From contig NZ_CP134949.1 in NCBI RefSeq assembly GCF_032116555.1, positions 1,240,001 through 1,304,000 on the forward strand: 64,000 nucleotides of DNA, read 5' to 3'. Position 1 is the stretch's first letter, and every line of letters starts with the position of its first letter. This document shows, piece by piece, positions 8,564-18,966 of this stretch. This DNA comes from Halorarum halobium (GTDB lineage: Archaea > Halobacteriota > Halobacteria > Halobacteriales > Haloferacaceae). The notes under the pieces are model-generated. The model was given only the letters and a program-made list of their open reading frames with translations. It was not told the origin of the DNA and did no database searches. The translations under genes and the position numbers were made by a program.

Positions 8564-10353
8564 GGCTCGACCCCCGCGGAATCGCCCGCATCGCCCGCTG
8601 GGAGGTCTCCCGCACGGCGGGCGTCGTCGACCGACGGACGGCCGTGCTCGGGCTCGTCGCGGTCCTGCTCGCCGGCGGCGTCGCCGGCGCGGCCGCGGCG
8701 GGGGGCGGCGTCGGGCTCGATCGCGACATCTACCGCGTGGCGGTCCCGGCCGACAGCCCGTATCACGACCCCGTCGCGTCGTCCACGCCGCTCGAAGCGG
8801 TCGCGCCCGGCACCGCCGGCGCCGACGTGATCGTGACCGACGGGGACACCGACGACGCGCGGGCGGTGGTCACTGCGGGTGACACGCCGCGAGCCGGTGC
8901 CGCGCTGGCGACGTTCCGTGACGCGGTCGAGGCGCACAACGACGGGCTGATGGCGCTGGAGGGGAACCGCTCCGCCGCGTACCCCGTGTCGGTCACGCTG
9001 TCGTACGTCGAACGCGACTCCGAGCGGATCGGCGGCGGTGGCGGCGACGGCGGCGGAGCTGGCGGCTCAGGTTCCGGCGACGAGGGTGGCGGCTCCGGCG
9101 GTGACGCTGGCGGTTCGACGGGCGGGGGCGCGAGCGGGGACTCGGGTGGCGGCTTCGGCGTCCCGGACTTCACCGGCGGCGGCCTGTTCGGCGGCCAGTC
9201 GACCGGCTCGCCGGCCGACATCGCGCCGCCGTTCCCGTTCGCGTCCCTGGTCCTGGCGTTCGCGTTCCTCGTCCCGATGAACTTCGTCATCCAGGCGTAC
9301 GGCTCCAGCGTGCTGAACGAGCGCGTCAACCGACGGGGGGAACTCCTGCTCGTCGCGCCGGTGAGCCCGCTCGACATCGTGGCCGGCAAGACGCTGCCGT
9401 ACGTCGCCGTCTCCCTGCTCGCGACGACGGTCATCGCGCTCGCCGTCGGCGGCGGCGTGCTCTCGGTCGCGGCCGTGTTCCCCATCGCGCTGGCGTTCCT
9501 CGCGGCGACGTTCGTCGGCGCGATGTTCGCCCGGTCGTTCAAGGAGCTCACCTTCGTCACCGTCACCGTCTCGGTGTTCCTGACGACGTACGCGTTCGTC
9601 CCGGCCATCTTCACGAACGTCACGCCCATCGCGCTCATCTCGCCGCTCACGCTCGTGGTCCGGGACCTCCAGCCGGCGGCGGACCCGACCGGGCTCGGCG
9701 AGTACCTGTTCTCGGCCGGGCCGTTCTACGTCACCTCGGGCATCCTGTTCCTGATCGGCACCGGCGTCTACCGCGAGGAGGACATGTTCACCCAGCGGGC
9801 CGTCCCGCTGAAGTTCCTCGACTCGCTGGCGGTCCGGCTCCACCGCGGGCGCGACGTCGCCGTCCTCGCCGCGCTCTCGCTCCCGTTCGTGTTCGTGCTC
9901 GAACTGCTCGCGGTCGCGGTGCTGTTCGTGCTTCCCCAGGAACTGGCCGTGATCGCGCTGCTGGTCGTCGTGGCGGTCGTCGAGGAGGTGGCAAAGAGCG
10001 TCGCCATCTTCGCCGGCTTCCACCAGTCGCGCTTCCGGCCCACGCTCGGGACGGCGGTGAAACTCGGCGCGCTCGCGGGGCTGGGGTTCTTCCTCGCCGA
10101 GAAGGCGACCGCCATCGTCCAGCTCGTCGGGCTCGACACGGTCCCGGTGGGACAGGCAGCCTTTGCCCCCGCGGGCGTCGGCGTCGTCGGCACCGCCGGG
10201 CTGCTCGCGGCACCGCTCGTGTTGCACGCCGTCACGGCGATCGTCGCGGCGCTGGGCGCGACCCGCGGGAAGCGAGCGTACGCCGCGACGCTCGCGGTTG
10301 CGATGGCGATCCACTTCGCCTACGACTACACGGTGGTGACGACCCTTGGCTGA
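8560..10353 (+). CDS. ABC-2 type permease with C-terminal PrsW-family protease domain
   Basis: Permease motif ERVNRRGELLLVAPVS..DIVAGK and a Gly-rich linker. PrsW-like motifs VVEEVAK, GFFLAEK, LHAVTA, IHFAYD. Confidence 0.85.
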   Translation: MRLDPRGIARIARWEVSRTAGVVDRRTAVLGLVAVLLAGGVAGAAAAGGGVGLDRDIYRVAVPADSPYHDPVASSTPLEAVAPGTAGADVIVTDGDTDDARAVVTAGDTPRAGAALATFRDAVEAHNDGLMALEGNRSAAYPVSVTLSYVERDSERIGGGGGDGGGAGGSGSGDEGGGSGGDAGGSTGGGASGDSGGGFGVPDFTGGGLFGGQSTGSPADIAPPFPFASLVLAFAFLVPMNFVIQAYGSSVLNERVNRRGELLLVAPVSPLDIVAGKTLPYVAVSLLATTVIALAVGGGVLSVAAVFPIALAFLAATFVGAMFARSFKELTFVTVTVSVFLTTYAFVPAIFTNVTPIALISPLTLVVRDLQPAADPTGLGEYLFSAGPFYVTSGILFLIGTGVYREEDMFTQRAVPLKFLDSLAVRLHRGRDVAVLAALSLPFVFVLELLAVAVLFVLPQELAVIALLVVVAVVEEVAKSVAIFAGFHQSRFRPTLGTAVKLGALAGLGFFLAEKATAIVQLVGLDTVPVGQAAFAPAGVGVVGTAGLLAAPLVLHAVTAIVAALGATRGKRAYAATLAVAMAIHFAYDYTVVTTLG

Positions 10354-11503
10354 CCGGCCGAACCCGGAGCCGTCCGCCCGCGTCGCCACCGACGGCGATC
10401 GAACGGAATCGGACGACGGGACCGCCGGCAGCGACGCGCGGCTCACCATCGCGCGCCGGGAACTGGCGTCGCTCCGGAGCGAGAAGACCATCGTGCTCGC
10501 GCTGCTCATCCAGCTGTTCGTCGCGGCGTTCTCCTCGTTCCTCGTCGTGGGCCTCGTCTCGCTGTACGACCCCGGGGCGGGCGAGGGGATCACCGTCGAG
10601 ACGGCGGTCGCCGGCGACGACGCCCGACAGCTCCTGGCGGCGGTCGGCGAGGCGGACGCGATGGAGGGCCGGCTGTACGACTCGACCGGGGCGGCGGCGG
10701 ACGCGTTCGCCGACCGCCGGGTCGACGCGGCGCTGCTCGTGACGGAGACGCCGGGGAACCGGTACGAGGTCCGGGTGCTGGTGCCCGACGGGAACGTCGG
10801 CACGACGGTCGTCGTGACCCAGGCACGGCAGGCGCTCCGCGCGTTCGAGCGCACCGAGCGCGGCCAGCGGGAGGCGTATCTCGAATCCCAGACTCTCGCG
10901 CTCCCGCACGGGTCGAACGCCTCGCCGTACTTCGGCTTCACCTACACGGTGCTGGTCCCGCTACTGTTGTTCCTCCCGGTGTTCATCGCCGGGTCGGTGA
11001 CGGTCGACTCGCTCACCGAGGAGCTCGAACGCGGGACGCTCGAACTGCTCCGCGTCGCGCCGGTGACGATGACCGACATCGTGGAGGGGAAACTGCTGGC
11101 TGCGGCCGGGCTGGCACCGCTCCAGGCGGCGCTCTGGCTGGCGCTGCTCTCGTTCAACGGGACCGCCATCGCGCCGGGCACGTCGGCATTCGAGACGGCA
11201 GTCGGCGTCGCCGGCCTGCTCGCGCTCGTCGCGGCCGCGGCGGCCATCGTGACGTCGATGGGCGCGACGCTCGCGCTCGTCGCGCCGGACCGCCGGGCCG
11301 CACAGACGGTGTACTCGGTCGGCGTCCTCGGCCTGTTCGGCGCGGCGGCGCTCTCGCCCGTCAATCCGGCGAACGTCGGCGCGCGGCTGGCGGTCGGGAG
11401 CGCGGACGCGGCGACGTTCCTGACCGTCGGCGCGCTGGTCGTCGGCGGCGTGGCCGCGCTTCTGGGCGCACGGCACGTGGTCGGTCGGTACTCGCCAGCG
11501 TAG
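10346..11503 (+). CDS. ABC-2 type permease
   Basis: TIARREL, EELERGTLELLRVAPV...IVEGK, multiple TM helices. Overlaps the previous gene. Confidence 0.9.
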   Translation: MADRPNPEPSARVATDGDRTESDDGTAGSDARLTIARRELASLRSEKTIVLALLIQLFVAAFSSFLVVGLVSLYDPGAGEGITVETAVAGDDARQLLAAVGEADAMEGRLYDSTGAAADAFADRRVDAALLVTETPGNRYEVRVLVPDGNVGTTVVVTQARQALRAFERTERGQREAYLESQTLALPHGSNASPYFGFTYTVLVPLLLFLPVFIAGSVTVDSLTEELERGTLELLRVAPVTMTDIVEGKLLAAAGLAPLQAALWLALLSFNGTAIAPGTSAFETAVGVAGLLALVAAAAAIVTSMGATLALVAPDRRAAQTVYSVGVLGLFGAAALSPVNPANVGARLAVGSADAATFLTVGALVVGGVAALLGARHVVGRYSPA

Positions 11504-11560
11504 GCGAAGGGGATCGAACCGGTCCCGGAGACGGCGGACGCGGGATCCCGGCGTCGACGC

Positions 11561-12985
11561 CTATCGGGCCAGCGTCTCGACGACCGTCTCCTCGGCACAG
11601 ACCAGGTTGTACGCGCCCTCGTCGTCGTTCCAGAGGACGAGGACGTTCTCGAACGAGAGCACGGCACCGTAGGAGGCCGCCCGGAGGTCCTCGTTCAGCA
11701 TCGACTCGCCCGTCAGCACCGCGTAGTGTTCCACCCGCTCGGACCCGTCGCCCAGCTTGAACAGCGGGTTCGCGTCCGGCCCCGCGAGGTTCGCCGAGAG
11801 CTTCACGGCCAGCAGGTTCACCCGGTCCGTGACGTGGTCCCCGGAGTCGGCCATCCGGGCGTGTCGCTCCTCGCTGGCGACGACCGGGACCCGGCGTTCG
11901 CCGTCGGTCCGGAGCACCGCGTACGAGAACTTCACGTCGGCGTTCACGAACTCTCCCGGCTCGTCCCCGGGGCCGCGCGGGGCCGCGTCGTCGAGGCGAC
12001 GCTGGAACGCCGGCACCGCGAGGTCGGGTCGCTCCTCGAACGACCAGCCGCGGTCCGAGGGCGCCTCCCCCGGCCAGAGCCGGAGGTCGGGCGCGTAGAC
12101 GGTCACGTCGGACTCGGGAGTGGCGACCGCCCGCTCCACCGAGCGCATCCCGGTCGAGGTGTTCAGGTCAGCCGGCGCCAGCAGGGCGCACGCGCCGTCG
12201 GCGGCGAGCGCGTCGAGGTAGTTCGCCACGACGGCTTCCGGATCGGCGAGTTCCGAGAGCACGTTGCCGAAGAGCACCAGATCCACGTCGCCGACGGACT
12301 CCGGGTCGAACTCCTCTGCAGTCTTGCGGTGGATGGTGGCCCGAAAGTTCCGGCGCGTCTCGCCGAGCAGGTCCGCCAGCACGTCCGCGTTCGCGCTCGG
12401 TTCGACCGCGTGGTAGTCCACGACCGCGTCGTCCGGGAGGTAGTCGTGGAGGCCGAGCGCCGGGCCGCCGGTGCCCGCGCCGACGTCGAGCACGCGGAGC
12501 CGACGGGGGAGCAGGCCCCGCGCGGCGAGCGTGTCGAGGACGTAGCCGACCGCGGCGTAGAAGTCCGGCAGGTGGTAGATCGCGTAGCCGAGCGCGGCGT
12601 CGGCGTCGTAGGTCACCTCGCGGCCGCGGTAGTAGTCCTCCTTAAGGCGTTCGATGACCCCGCGGAGCACGTCCCCACTCTCGCCTTCGTGCCAGCCCGG
12701 CCCGTAGCGCTCGACCAGCAGGTCCGCCAGGGCGTCGGCGTACGCCCCGGGGAACGCCCCGGGGTCCCAGCCCGGCGGATCGACCGGCCCCTCGGCCGCG
12801 GGCACGAACGTCCCGTCCACACGCTCGAACAGGCCGAGGTCGAACGCCTCCTCGCGGAGCGCCTGCCGAACGACCGCCGGGTGCGGCTGGTCGGGGAGGT
12901 ACTCGAAGATTTCCTCGGGGTCGACGGGCCGGGCGTTCCGGAGGTACTTCGCCGTGTCGCGGAGCGCCTCCCTGTCGACGCTCAT
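11561..12985 (-). CDS. class I SAM-dependent methyltransferase (Rsm22-like)
   Basis: VLDVGAGTG, YAIYHLP, DLVLFGNVLSEL, KFSYAVLR. Confidence 0.82.
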   Translation of the reverse strand: MSVDREALRDTAKYLRNARPVDPEEIFEYLPDQPHPAVVRQALREEAFDLGLFERVDGTFVPAAEGPVDPPGWDPGAFPGAYADALADLLVERYGPGWHEGESGDVLRGVIERLKEDYYRGREVTYDADAALGYAIYHLPDFYAAVGYVLDTLAARGLLPRRLRVLDVGAGTGGPALGLHDYLPDDAVVDYHAVEPSANADVLADLLGETRRNFRATIHRKTAEEFDPESVGDVDLVLFGNVLSELADPEAVVANYLDALAADGACALLAPADLNTSTGMRSVERAVATPESDVTVYAPDLRLWPGEAPSDRGWSFEERPDLAVPAFQRRLDDAAPRGPGDEPGEFVNADVKFSYAVLRTDGERRVPVVASEERHARMADSGDHVTDRVNLLAVKLSANLAGPDANPLFKLGDGSERVEHYAVLTGESMLNEDLRAASYGAVLSFENVLVLWNDDEGAYNLVCAEETVVETLAR

Positions 12986-13824
12986 TCGCCGCTCCCGCGG
13001 TCCGTGTCCGCGCCGGGGTCCGGGTCCGCGTCGGGGTCAGCGTCCGCGCCGGCTTCGGCGGTCCGCTCCCGCGGGTCGCCGCCGACGGACGTCCGAGCCC
13101 TTTCGAACAGCGCCGTGAACTCCTCGGGGTCCGCGTCGGCGAGTTGCCGGGCCGCAGCCGCGACCGCATCCGCGCCGCCGAACGCCTCGCGGATGTCCCC
13201 GTACACGCGCGAATCGCCCTCGGTCACGGTGCCGGCGAGCTCCGCGAGCGGCTCCGAGACGGGCGTGTGGAACTCCTCGGGCACGTCTTCGGCCGCGAGC
13301 GCGTACGCGAGGACGGCCGTGTGGGCCCCGGTCTGGACGGCCTCCATCGCCCCGTCGTGTTCGGCGGCGGTCGTCTCGAACACGTCGTTGCCCGCGTCGG
13401 CGAGCGCCTCGCGGACCCGCCCGACGACCGGCCCCGCCTCGCCCGGAACGAACGCGACCCGTCCGGGACCGCGGGGCGGCGCGAACAGCGGGTGGAAGCT
13501 GGCGTACTCGCCCTCGGCGTGTCTGGCCATCGCCGCCAGCGGGTCGGCCATCGCGCCGGAGACGTCGATCAGCGCGCCGCTCGCGGCGCTGGCGGCGTGG
13601 GACTCGACCGCGTCGGCGACGGCGGGTATCGGCACCGCGAGCGCGACGCAGTCGAACGCCTCGTCGGTGTCGAGCGGGACGACCCGCCCGTCGACCAGTT
13701 CGTCGGCCGCGTCCATCGCGGCCTGGGGGTTCGCGTCGGCGAACGCGACCCGGTCGACGGCCGGGCGGAGCGTCCGCGCGAGCCAGCGCCCAATCTCGCC
13801 CGCGCCCACGACGAACAGTCTCAT
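12982..13824 (-). CDS. tyrA: prephenate dehydrogenase
   Basis: MRLFVVGAGEIG Rossmann motif, SFHPLFAP, EHDGAMEAVQTGAH. Start reassigned to ATG 13824. Confidence 0.88.
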   Translation of the reverse strand: MRLFVVGAGEIGRWLARTLRPAVDRVAFADANPQAAMDAADELVDGRVVPLDTDEAFDCVALAVPIPAVADAVESHAASAASGALIDVSGAMADPLAAMARHAEGEYASFHPLFAPPRGPGRVAFVPGEAGPVVGRVREALADAGNDVFETTAAEHDGAMEAVQTGAHTAVLAYALAAEDVPEEFHTPVSEPLAELAGTVTEGDSRVYGDIREAFGGADAVAAAARQLADADPEEFTALFERARTSVGGDPRERTAEAGADADPDADPDPGADTDRGSGE

Positions 13825-14048
13825 GGCCTCGGCTACCCGGAGACGGGGTGAAAACGTGTCGGTCCCCACCCCGCCGTTCGTGGGGGCGTCCGTGTGCCCG
13901 TGGCGGTCATCCAGCGTCGCGGGGGCCGTCTCGATTGGCTCTCTCGATCGGTCCGGATCGAACAGTCCCCGACGGCACACGCTTATCGTCGTTCCGCGTG
14001 AGCCTCATCCGAGGTGACACGCCCCGCCTCGGCGGGGACGAGAGAACG

Positions 14049-14915
14049 ATGCGCCAGGAAATCCAGCGGAACCGAGCCGAATCGTTTCGGGAACGACACA
14101 GCGACGCCGCGGACGGACCGCTCGTGCTGCCGAACGCCTGGGACGCGGCGAGCGCCATCGTCTACGAGACGCTCGGCTTCGCCGCCGTCGGCAGCTCCAG
14201 CGCCGGCGTCGCCGCCTCGCTCGGGCTCCCCGACGGTGAGGTGGTGGGCCGGGACGAGATGCTCGCCGCGGTCGGGCGGATGGCCGACGCGGTCGACCTC
14301 CCGGTGAGCGCGGACGTCGAGGCCGGCTACGGCGACGGCCCGGAGGCGGTGGCGGAAACGGTCCGACTCACCATCGAGGCCGGTGCCGTCGGCGTGAACT
14401 TGGAGGACGGCACCGGCGACCCCGACGACCCGCTCGTCGACGTGGAGACGCATGCGGCGAAGATCCGCGCGGCCCGCGAGGCGGCCGAGGAAGCCGGCAT
14501 CCCGCTCGCCATCAACGGCCGGACGGACGTCTTCTGGAGCGAGGTCGGCGACGGGGCGGACCGCGTCGCGCGCACCGTCGAACGCGCGAACGCCTACCGG
14601 GAGGCCGGGAGCGACTGCCTGTTCGTCCCCGGCGTGACCGACCCCGAGGAAATAGAAGCGCTCGTGGACGGCATCGACGGGCCGATCAACGTGCTCGGCG
14701 GCCCGGGCGCGCCCTCCGTTCCCGAACTCGGCAACCTCGGCGTGGCGCGCGTCAGCGTCGGGTCCGGGCCGATGCGAGCCACGCTCGTACACCTCCGGGA
14801 CGTCGGCGAGGAACTCCGCGAGGACGGGACCTACGGCGGCATGGAGAACGCGATCCCGTACGGGGATCTCGCCGAACTGCTCCGCGGTCGGGTCGACCAC
14901 GGCGCCGACGAGTAG
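14049..14915 (+). CDS. isocitrate lyase/PEP mutase family protein
   Basis: LPNAWDAASA, PVSADVEAGYG, GVNLEDG, INGRTDVF, GSDCLFVPG. Confidence 0.9.
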   Translation: MRQEIQRNRAESFRERHSDAADGPLVLPNAWDAASAIVYETLGFAAVGSSSAGVAASLGLPDGEVVGRDEMLAAVGRMADAVDLPVSADVEAGYGDGPEAVAETVRLTIEAGAVGVNLEDGTGDPDDPLVDVETHAAKIRAAREAAEEAGIPLAINGRTDVFWSEVGDGADRVARTVERANAYREAGSDCLFVPGVTDPEEIEALVDGIDGPINVLGGPGAPSVPELGNLGVARVSVGSGPMRATLVHLRDVGEELREDGTYGGMENAIPYGDLAELLRGRVDHGADE

Positions 14916-14958
14916 CCCGGTCGGGACGACCACGGCACCGACGGCTGACACGACCGAC

Positions 14959-16137
14959 CTACTCCAGTTCCAGTTCGACCGGGTAGTCGGTGAAGTTCTC
15001 GTGGCCGTCCTCGGTCACCACGGCGATGTCCTCGATGCGGACGCCGCCGACCGCGGGGTCGTACAGCCCCGGCTCGATGGTGACGACGTGGCCCGGCTTC
15101 AGTTCCTCCCCCCGCGGGTTGAGGGCAGGCCCCTCGTGGACGTCGAGGCCGACGCCGTGGCCCGTCGAGTGGATGAACCCGGTCTCGGTCGTCGGATCCG
15201 AGCGGAGCGTCGCGTACCCGGCGTCCTCGTACACGTCACAGACGGCGTCGTGGACGTCCCTGCCGGTCGCACCCGGTTCGAGCGCGTCGAAGGCGGCGTC
15301 CTTCGCCTCGCGGGTCACCTCGAACCGCCGCCGGACCTCCGCGTCCGCCTCGCCCTTCACGAACGTCCGCGTCATGTCGGCGTGGTACTTCGAGGCTTTC
15401 TCCCGCGGGAAGACGTCGATGATGATCGTCTCGTCGGCTTCGAGGGGACCGCTCCCGCGATCGTGGGGGTCCGCGGCGTCCGCGCCGCAGGCGACGATCG
15501 TCTCGTCGAGCGCGCAGCCGTGTCGGAGCAGCGTCACCTCGATCTCCTCCTGGACGCGCTCGCTCGTCAGGAGCTCGCCGTCGACGGTGAGCGTGCCATC
15601 GTCGTCGACGTCGGCCGACCGGAGCAGCGCCTCGGCCGCGCCCATCGCGGCCTCGTTCGCGCGCTGGGCGCGCTTCACGTTGTCGACCTCCTCGGGCGTC
15701 TTCGTCGCCCGGACGGAGCCGACGACGTCGTCGTGGTCGACATCGACCGAGACGCCCGCCTCGCGGAGCGCGTCGGCCAGGCCGAGCGGGAACCGGTCGG
15801 GAACGAGCACGGCGTCGACGTCGAGGTCGGCGAGGAACGCGGCGTCCGTCCGGGCGGCGCCCGCCACCTCGCCGTGTTCCTCGACGTTCTCGTGGTGGTC
15901 GTACTCGGCGAGCCGTGCGACCGTGTCGGCGCGCGACTCCGCTCTCGCGCGGCCGTACTCCAGTCCCGAGACGAGCATCGCCAGCGTCTCGCCGGTGTAC
16001 ACGGTGAAGAACGGGTCGGGCGCGTCGAACCCCGAGAGGTACAGCTGGTTCGAGTCGTCGCCGGCGGCGTCGATGCAGTAGGCGTCCGCGGCCGTCTCCG
16101 AGAGCAGTGCGTCGAGCGAGGAGAGGTCCGGGTCCAT
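14959..16137 (-). CDS. M24 family Xaa-Pro peptidase
   Basis: [41 protein letters not shown]. Confidence 0.93.
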   Translation of the reverse strand: MDPDLSSLDALLSETAADAYCIDAAGDDSNQLYLSGFDAPDPFFTVYTGETLAMLVSGLEYGRARAESRADTVARLAEYDHHENVEEHGEVAGAARTDAAFLADLDVDAVLVPDRFPLGLADALREAGVSVDVDHDDVVGSVRATKTPEEVDNVKRAQRANEAAMGAAEALLRSADVDDDGTLTVDGELLTSERVQEEIEVTLLRHGCALDETIVACGADAADPHDRGSGPLEADETIIIDVFPREKASKYHADMTRTFVKGEADAEVRRRFEVTREAKDAAFDALEPGATGRDVHDAVCDVYEDAGYATLRSDPTTETGFIHSTGHGVGLDVHEGPALNPRGEELKPGHVVTIEPGLYDPAVGGVRIEDIAVVTEDGHENFTDYPVELELE

Positions 16138-16241
16138 ACGTTCGGCAACTCCGCCGCCGGTGAAAGCCGTTGTCCATCCGGACTCCTCTCCCCCGGCCTT
16201 CGGGCACAAGGCTTGAGTTTTCGCGGCGAGTTGTTGAATCG

Positions 16242-16886
16242 ATGGCCACCGTGGCCGCGTTCACGGTCCCGGCCGGGGAGTTCCCGCTCGGGAGCGTGTT
16301 CGAGGGCGTTCCCGGCGTGACCGTCGAACTCGAGCGGGTCGTCCCGACCGGCGGCGACGTCGTCCCGTACTTCTGGGTCCGGGGAGCCGACGGGGACGAC
16401 GTCGAGAGGCGGTTCCGCGAGCACCCGGGGGCGAGCGACATCCGGCTCATCGACGCCGTGGGCGACGAGCAGCTGTTGCGATGTTCGTGGACCCCCGAAC
16501 ACGTCGGCGTGTTGCGCGCGATCGAGGAGACCGGCGTCACGCTGCTCTCCGGGACGGGAACGAGCGACCGGTGGACGTTCGAGGTCCGCGCCGACGACAG
16601 GGAGACGCTCTCCCGATTCCAGGCGTTCGCGCTGGAGCACGACCTCCCGCTGACGCTGACGACGATCCAGGAGCTCCCGGCGACCGCGGGCGAGGCGAAC
16701 GACGTGCTGACGGGGCCACAACGGGAGGCGCTGGTGCTCGCGTTCGAACGCGGCTACTTCGATCCGACCAGACGGGTGACCCTGGAGCAGCTAGCGGCCG
16801 AACTCGGGATCACCCGGCAGTCGCTCGCCGGCCGGCTCCGGCGGGCCCACCGCAACCTCATCGAACACGTGCTCGTCGCCGGATGA
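16242..16886 (+). CDS. Bat-type (HTH_10) transcriptional regulator
   Basis: C-terminal LTGPQREALVLAFERGYFD..RRVTLEQLAAELGIT.QSLAGRLRRA. Confidence 0.9.
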   Translation: MATVAAFTVPAGEFPLGSVFEGVPGVTVELERVVPTGGDVVPYFWVRGADGDDVERRFREHPGASDIRLIDAVGDEQLLRCSWTPEHVGVLRAIEETGVTLLSGTGTSDRWTFEVRADDRETLSRFQAFALEHDLPLTLTTIQELPATAGEANDVLTGPQREALVLAFERGYFDPTRRVTLEQLAAELGITRQSLAGRLRRAHRNLIEHVLVAG

Positions 16887-16949
16887 CTAAAGTGGACTAC
16901 ATAGTCAGTGGCCAGACGGATACCCCGGGTCGCCGTCACGGCCGGTAGG

Positions 16950-17507
16950 ATGCACGACTGCCGAGACGTCTCGACTCCGGGCCCTGCAAGCCGCGAGTAC
17001 GGGGCGGGGCTCTGTCGGTTCGACGAGTTCCAGTTCCACGCGGAGACGAACAGCTACCAAGCCACTTTCGATTCGGGGACCGTCCCCGCGTCCATCGCCG
17101 TCATCGACGCGCTCTCGCTCGTTCTCGACAGGCCGGCCGAGGAACTCCCCTCGCTCGGTTCGAGCGTCGACCTCGAGGCGCTCGACGCCCTTCTCACGCC
17201 GAGCCTCCCGGACGTTCCGGGGACGACGAGCATCACCTTCGCGTATCACGGCTGGGACGTGACCGTCGACGACGCCGGCGGACTGACGGCCGACGGCGCG
17301 CTGCCGGAGGAAGTGGACGCCGGAGACGGCATCGACGCGACGGAGGCGGTCGGGGTGGAGACCGGCCTCGACGTCGAAACGGACCTCGATGTGGAGACCG
17401 GCCTCGACGCGACCGACGGCGTGGACGGACGCCCGGGCGATGGCGTCGACGCCGAGGACGGGTTCGATGCCGGCTCCGACGCGGGGGCGACGGGAAGCCC
17501 CGACTGA
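16950..17507 (+). CDS. HalOD1 (halobacterial output domain 1) protein with acidic tail
   Basis: [10 protein letters not shown]...[19 protein letters not shown]...[12 protein letters not shown]. Start codon uncertain. Confidence 0.8.
   Translation: MHDCRDVSTPGPASREYGAGLCRFDEFQFHAETNSYQATFDSGTVPASIAVIDALSLVLDRPAEELPSLGSSVDLEALDALLTPSLPDVPGTTSITFAYHGWDVTVDDAGGLTADGALPEEVDAGDGIDATEAVGVETGLDVETDLDVETGLDATDGVDGRPGDGVDAEDGFDAGSDAGATGSPD
17355..17408 (+). repeat. in-frame 18-bp tandem repeat x3 ([18 protein letters not shown])
   Basis: gtggagaccggcctcgac, gtcgaaacggacctcgat, gtggagaccggcctcgac. Confidence 0.85.
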
Positions 17508-17563
17508 GCCGGAGACGTCGCCGCCACCGGTACACACTTGCCGCCGGGAGCGCAGCGACGGAC

Positions 17564-18856
17564 ATGGACGTTCACCTCTCGCCGTCGCGGGTTCGGGGCC
17601 GTGCGCGCGCACCGCCCTCGAAGAGCTACACCCACCGGGCGCTGCTCGCGGCCGGCTACGGCGACGGGACCGTCGTACGCGACCCGCTCGACAGCGCCGA
17701 CCCGCACGCGACCGGCCGCGCGGTGACGGCGTTCGGCGGGTCGGTAGAATGGGACGAGGACGGATCGGCCGCCCGCGTCGAGGGGTTCGACGGCCGGCCG
17801 GAGACGCCCGAGGACGTGATCGACTGTGGCAACTCCGGCACGACGATGCGGCTCGTCACGGCCGCCGCGGGGCTGGCCGAGGACCTGGTCGTGCTGACCG
17901 GCGACGGCTCGCTCCGCTCCCGGCCGCAGGGACCGCTCCTCGACGCGGTCGCGTCGCTGGGCGGACGCGCCGAGTCGACGAGGCGCAACGGGCAGGCACC
18001 GCTGGTCGTGGGCGACGGGATGGCCGGCGGCGAGGTGTCGATTCCGGGCGACGTCTCCTCCCAGTTCGTCACCGCGCTGTTGATGGCCGGCGCGGTGACC
18101 GACGACGGGGTCGCGGTCGACCTGGAGACCGAACTGAAGTCCGCGCCCTACGTCGAGATCACGCGCGAGGTGCTCGCGGACTTCGGCGTCGACTCGGAGC
18201 GGACCGGGACCGGCTTCCGGGTTCCGGGCGGCCAGTCGTATCGCGCCGACGAGTACGCCGTGCCCGGCGACTTCTCCTCGATGTCGTACCTGCTGGCGGC
18301 CGGCGCGGTCGCGGCCGCCGACGGTGAATCGGTCGTCGTCGAGGGCGCTCGCCCGAGCGCGCAGGGCGACTCTGCGATCGTGGACGTGATCGAACGGATG
18401 GGCGCCGGGATCGACTGGGACCGCGAGGCGGGCGAGATCACGGTCCGCCGCTCGTCGCTCTCGGGCGTCACCGTCGACGTCGGCGACACGCCGGACCTGC
18501 TCCCGACGATCGCGGTCCTCGGGGCGGTGGCGGACGGCGACACCCGCATCGGCAACGCCGAGCACGTCCGCTACAAGGAGACCGACCGGGTGAGCGCGAT
18601 GGCCGAGGAACTGGAGACGCTCGGCGCGAGCGTCACGGAGGAACCCGACTCGCTCACCGTCCACGGCGACGACTCGGCCCTGCGTGGCGGGACGGTCGAC
18701 GGGCGCGGCGACCACCGACTCGTGATGGCGCTCGCCGTCGCGGGCCTCGTCGCCGAGGGAGAAACGACCGTCCGCGGCGCGGAACACGTCGAGGTGTCGT
18801 TCCCCGGGTTCTTCGAGACGCTGGCCGAACTGGGGGCGTCGGTCCGGCGGGACTGA
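17564..18856 (+). CDS. aroA: 3-phosphoshikimate 1-carboxyvinyltransferase (EPSP synthase)
   Basis: [42 protein letters not shown]. Confidence 0.97.
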   Translation: MDVHLSPSRVRGRARAPPSKSYTHRALLAAGYGDGTVVRDPLDSADPHATGRAVTAFGGSVEWDEDGSAARVEGFDGRPETPEDVIDCGNSGTTMRLVTAAAGLAEDLVVLTGDGSLRSRPQGPLLDAVASLGGRAESTRRNGQAPLVVGDGMAGGEVSIPGDVSSQFVTALLMAGAVTDDGVAVDLETELKSAPYVEITREVLADFGVDSERTGTGFRVPGGQSYRADEYAVPGDFSSMSYLLAAGAVAAADGESVVVEGARPSAQGDSAIVDVIERMGAGIDWDREAGEITVRRSSLSGVTVDVGDTPDLLPTIAVLGAVADGDTRIGNAEHVRYKETDRVSAMAEELETLGASVTEEPDSLTVHGDDSALRGGTVDGRGDHRLVMALAVAGLVAEGETTVRGAEHVEVSFPGFFETLAELGASVRRD

Positions 18857-18966
18857 CGCGCCCGACCGAGCGTCGATCGGGCGTCCAGCAGCGTCGGCCC
18901 GGACGGCCGACGCGGGACGCCCACCGGAGCCAGCACCGTTTTCGGCGTGCCCGCCGAGGTGCCAGC

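Noticed and set aside
9030..9200. GGC-rich low-complexity tract
   Set aside because: It is an in-frame Gly/Ser/Asp linker within the ABC permease.
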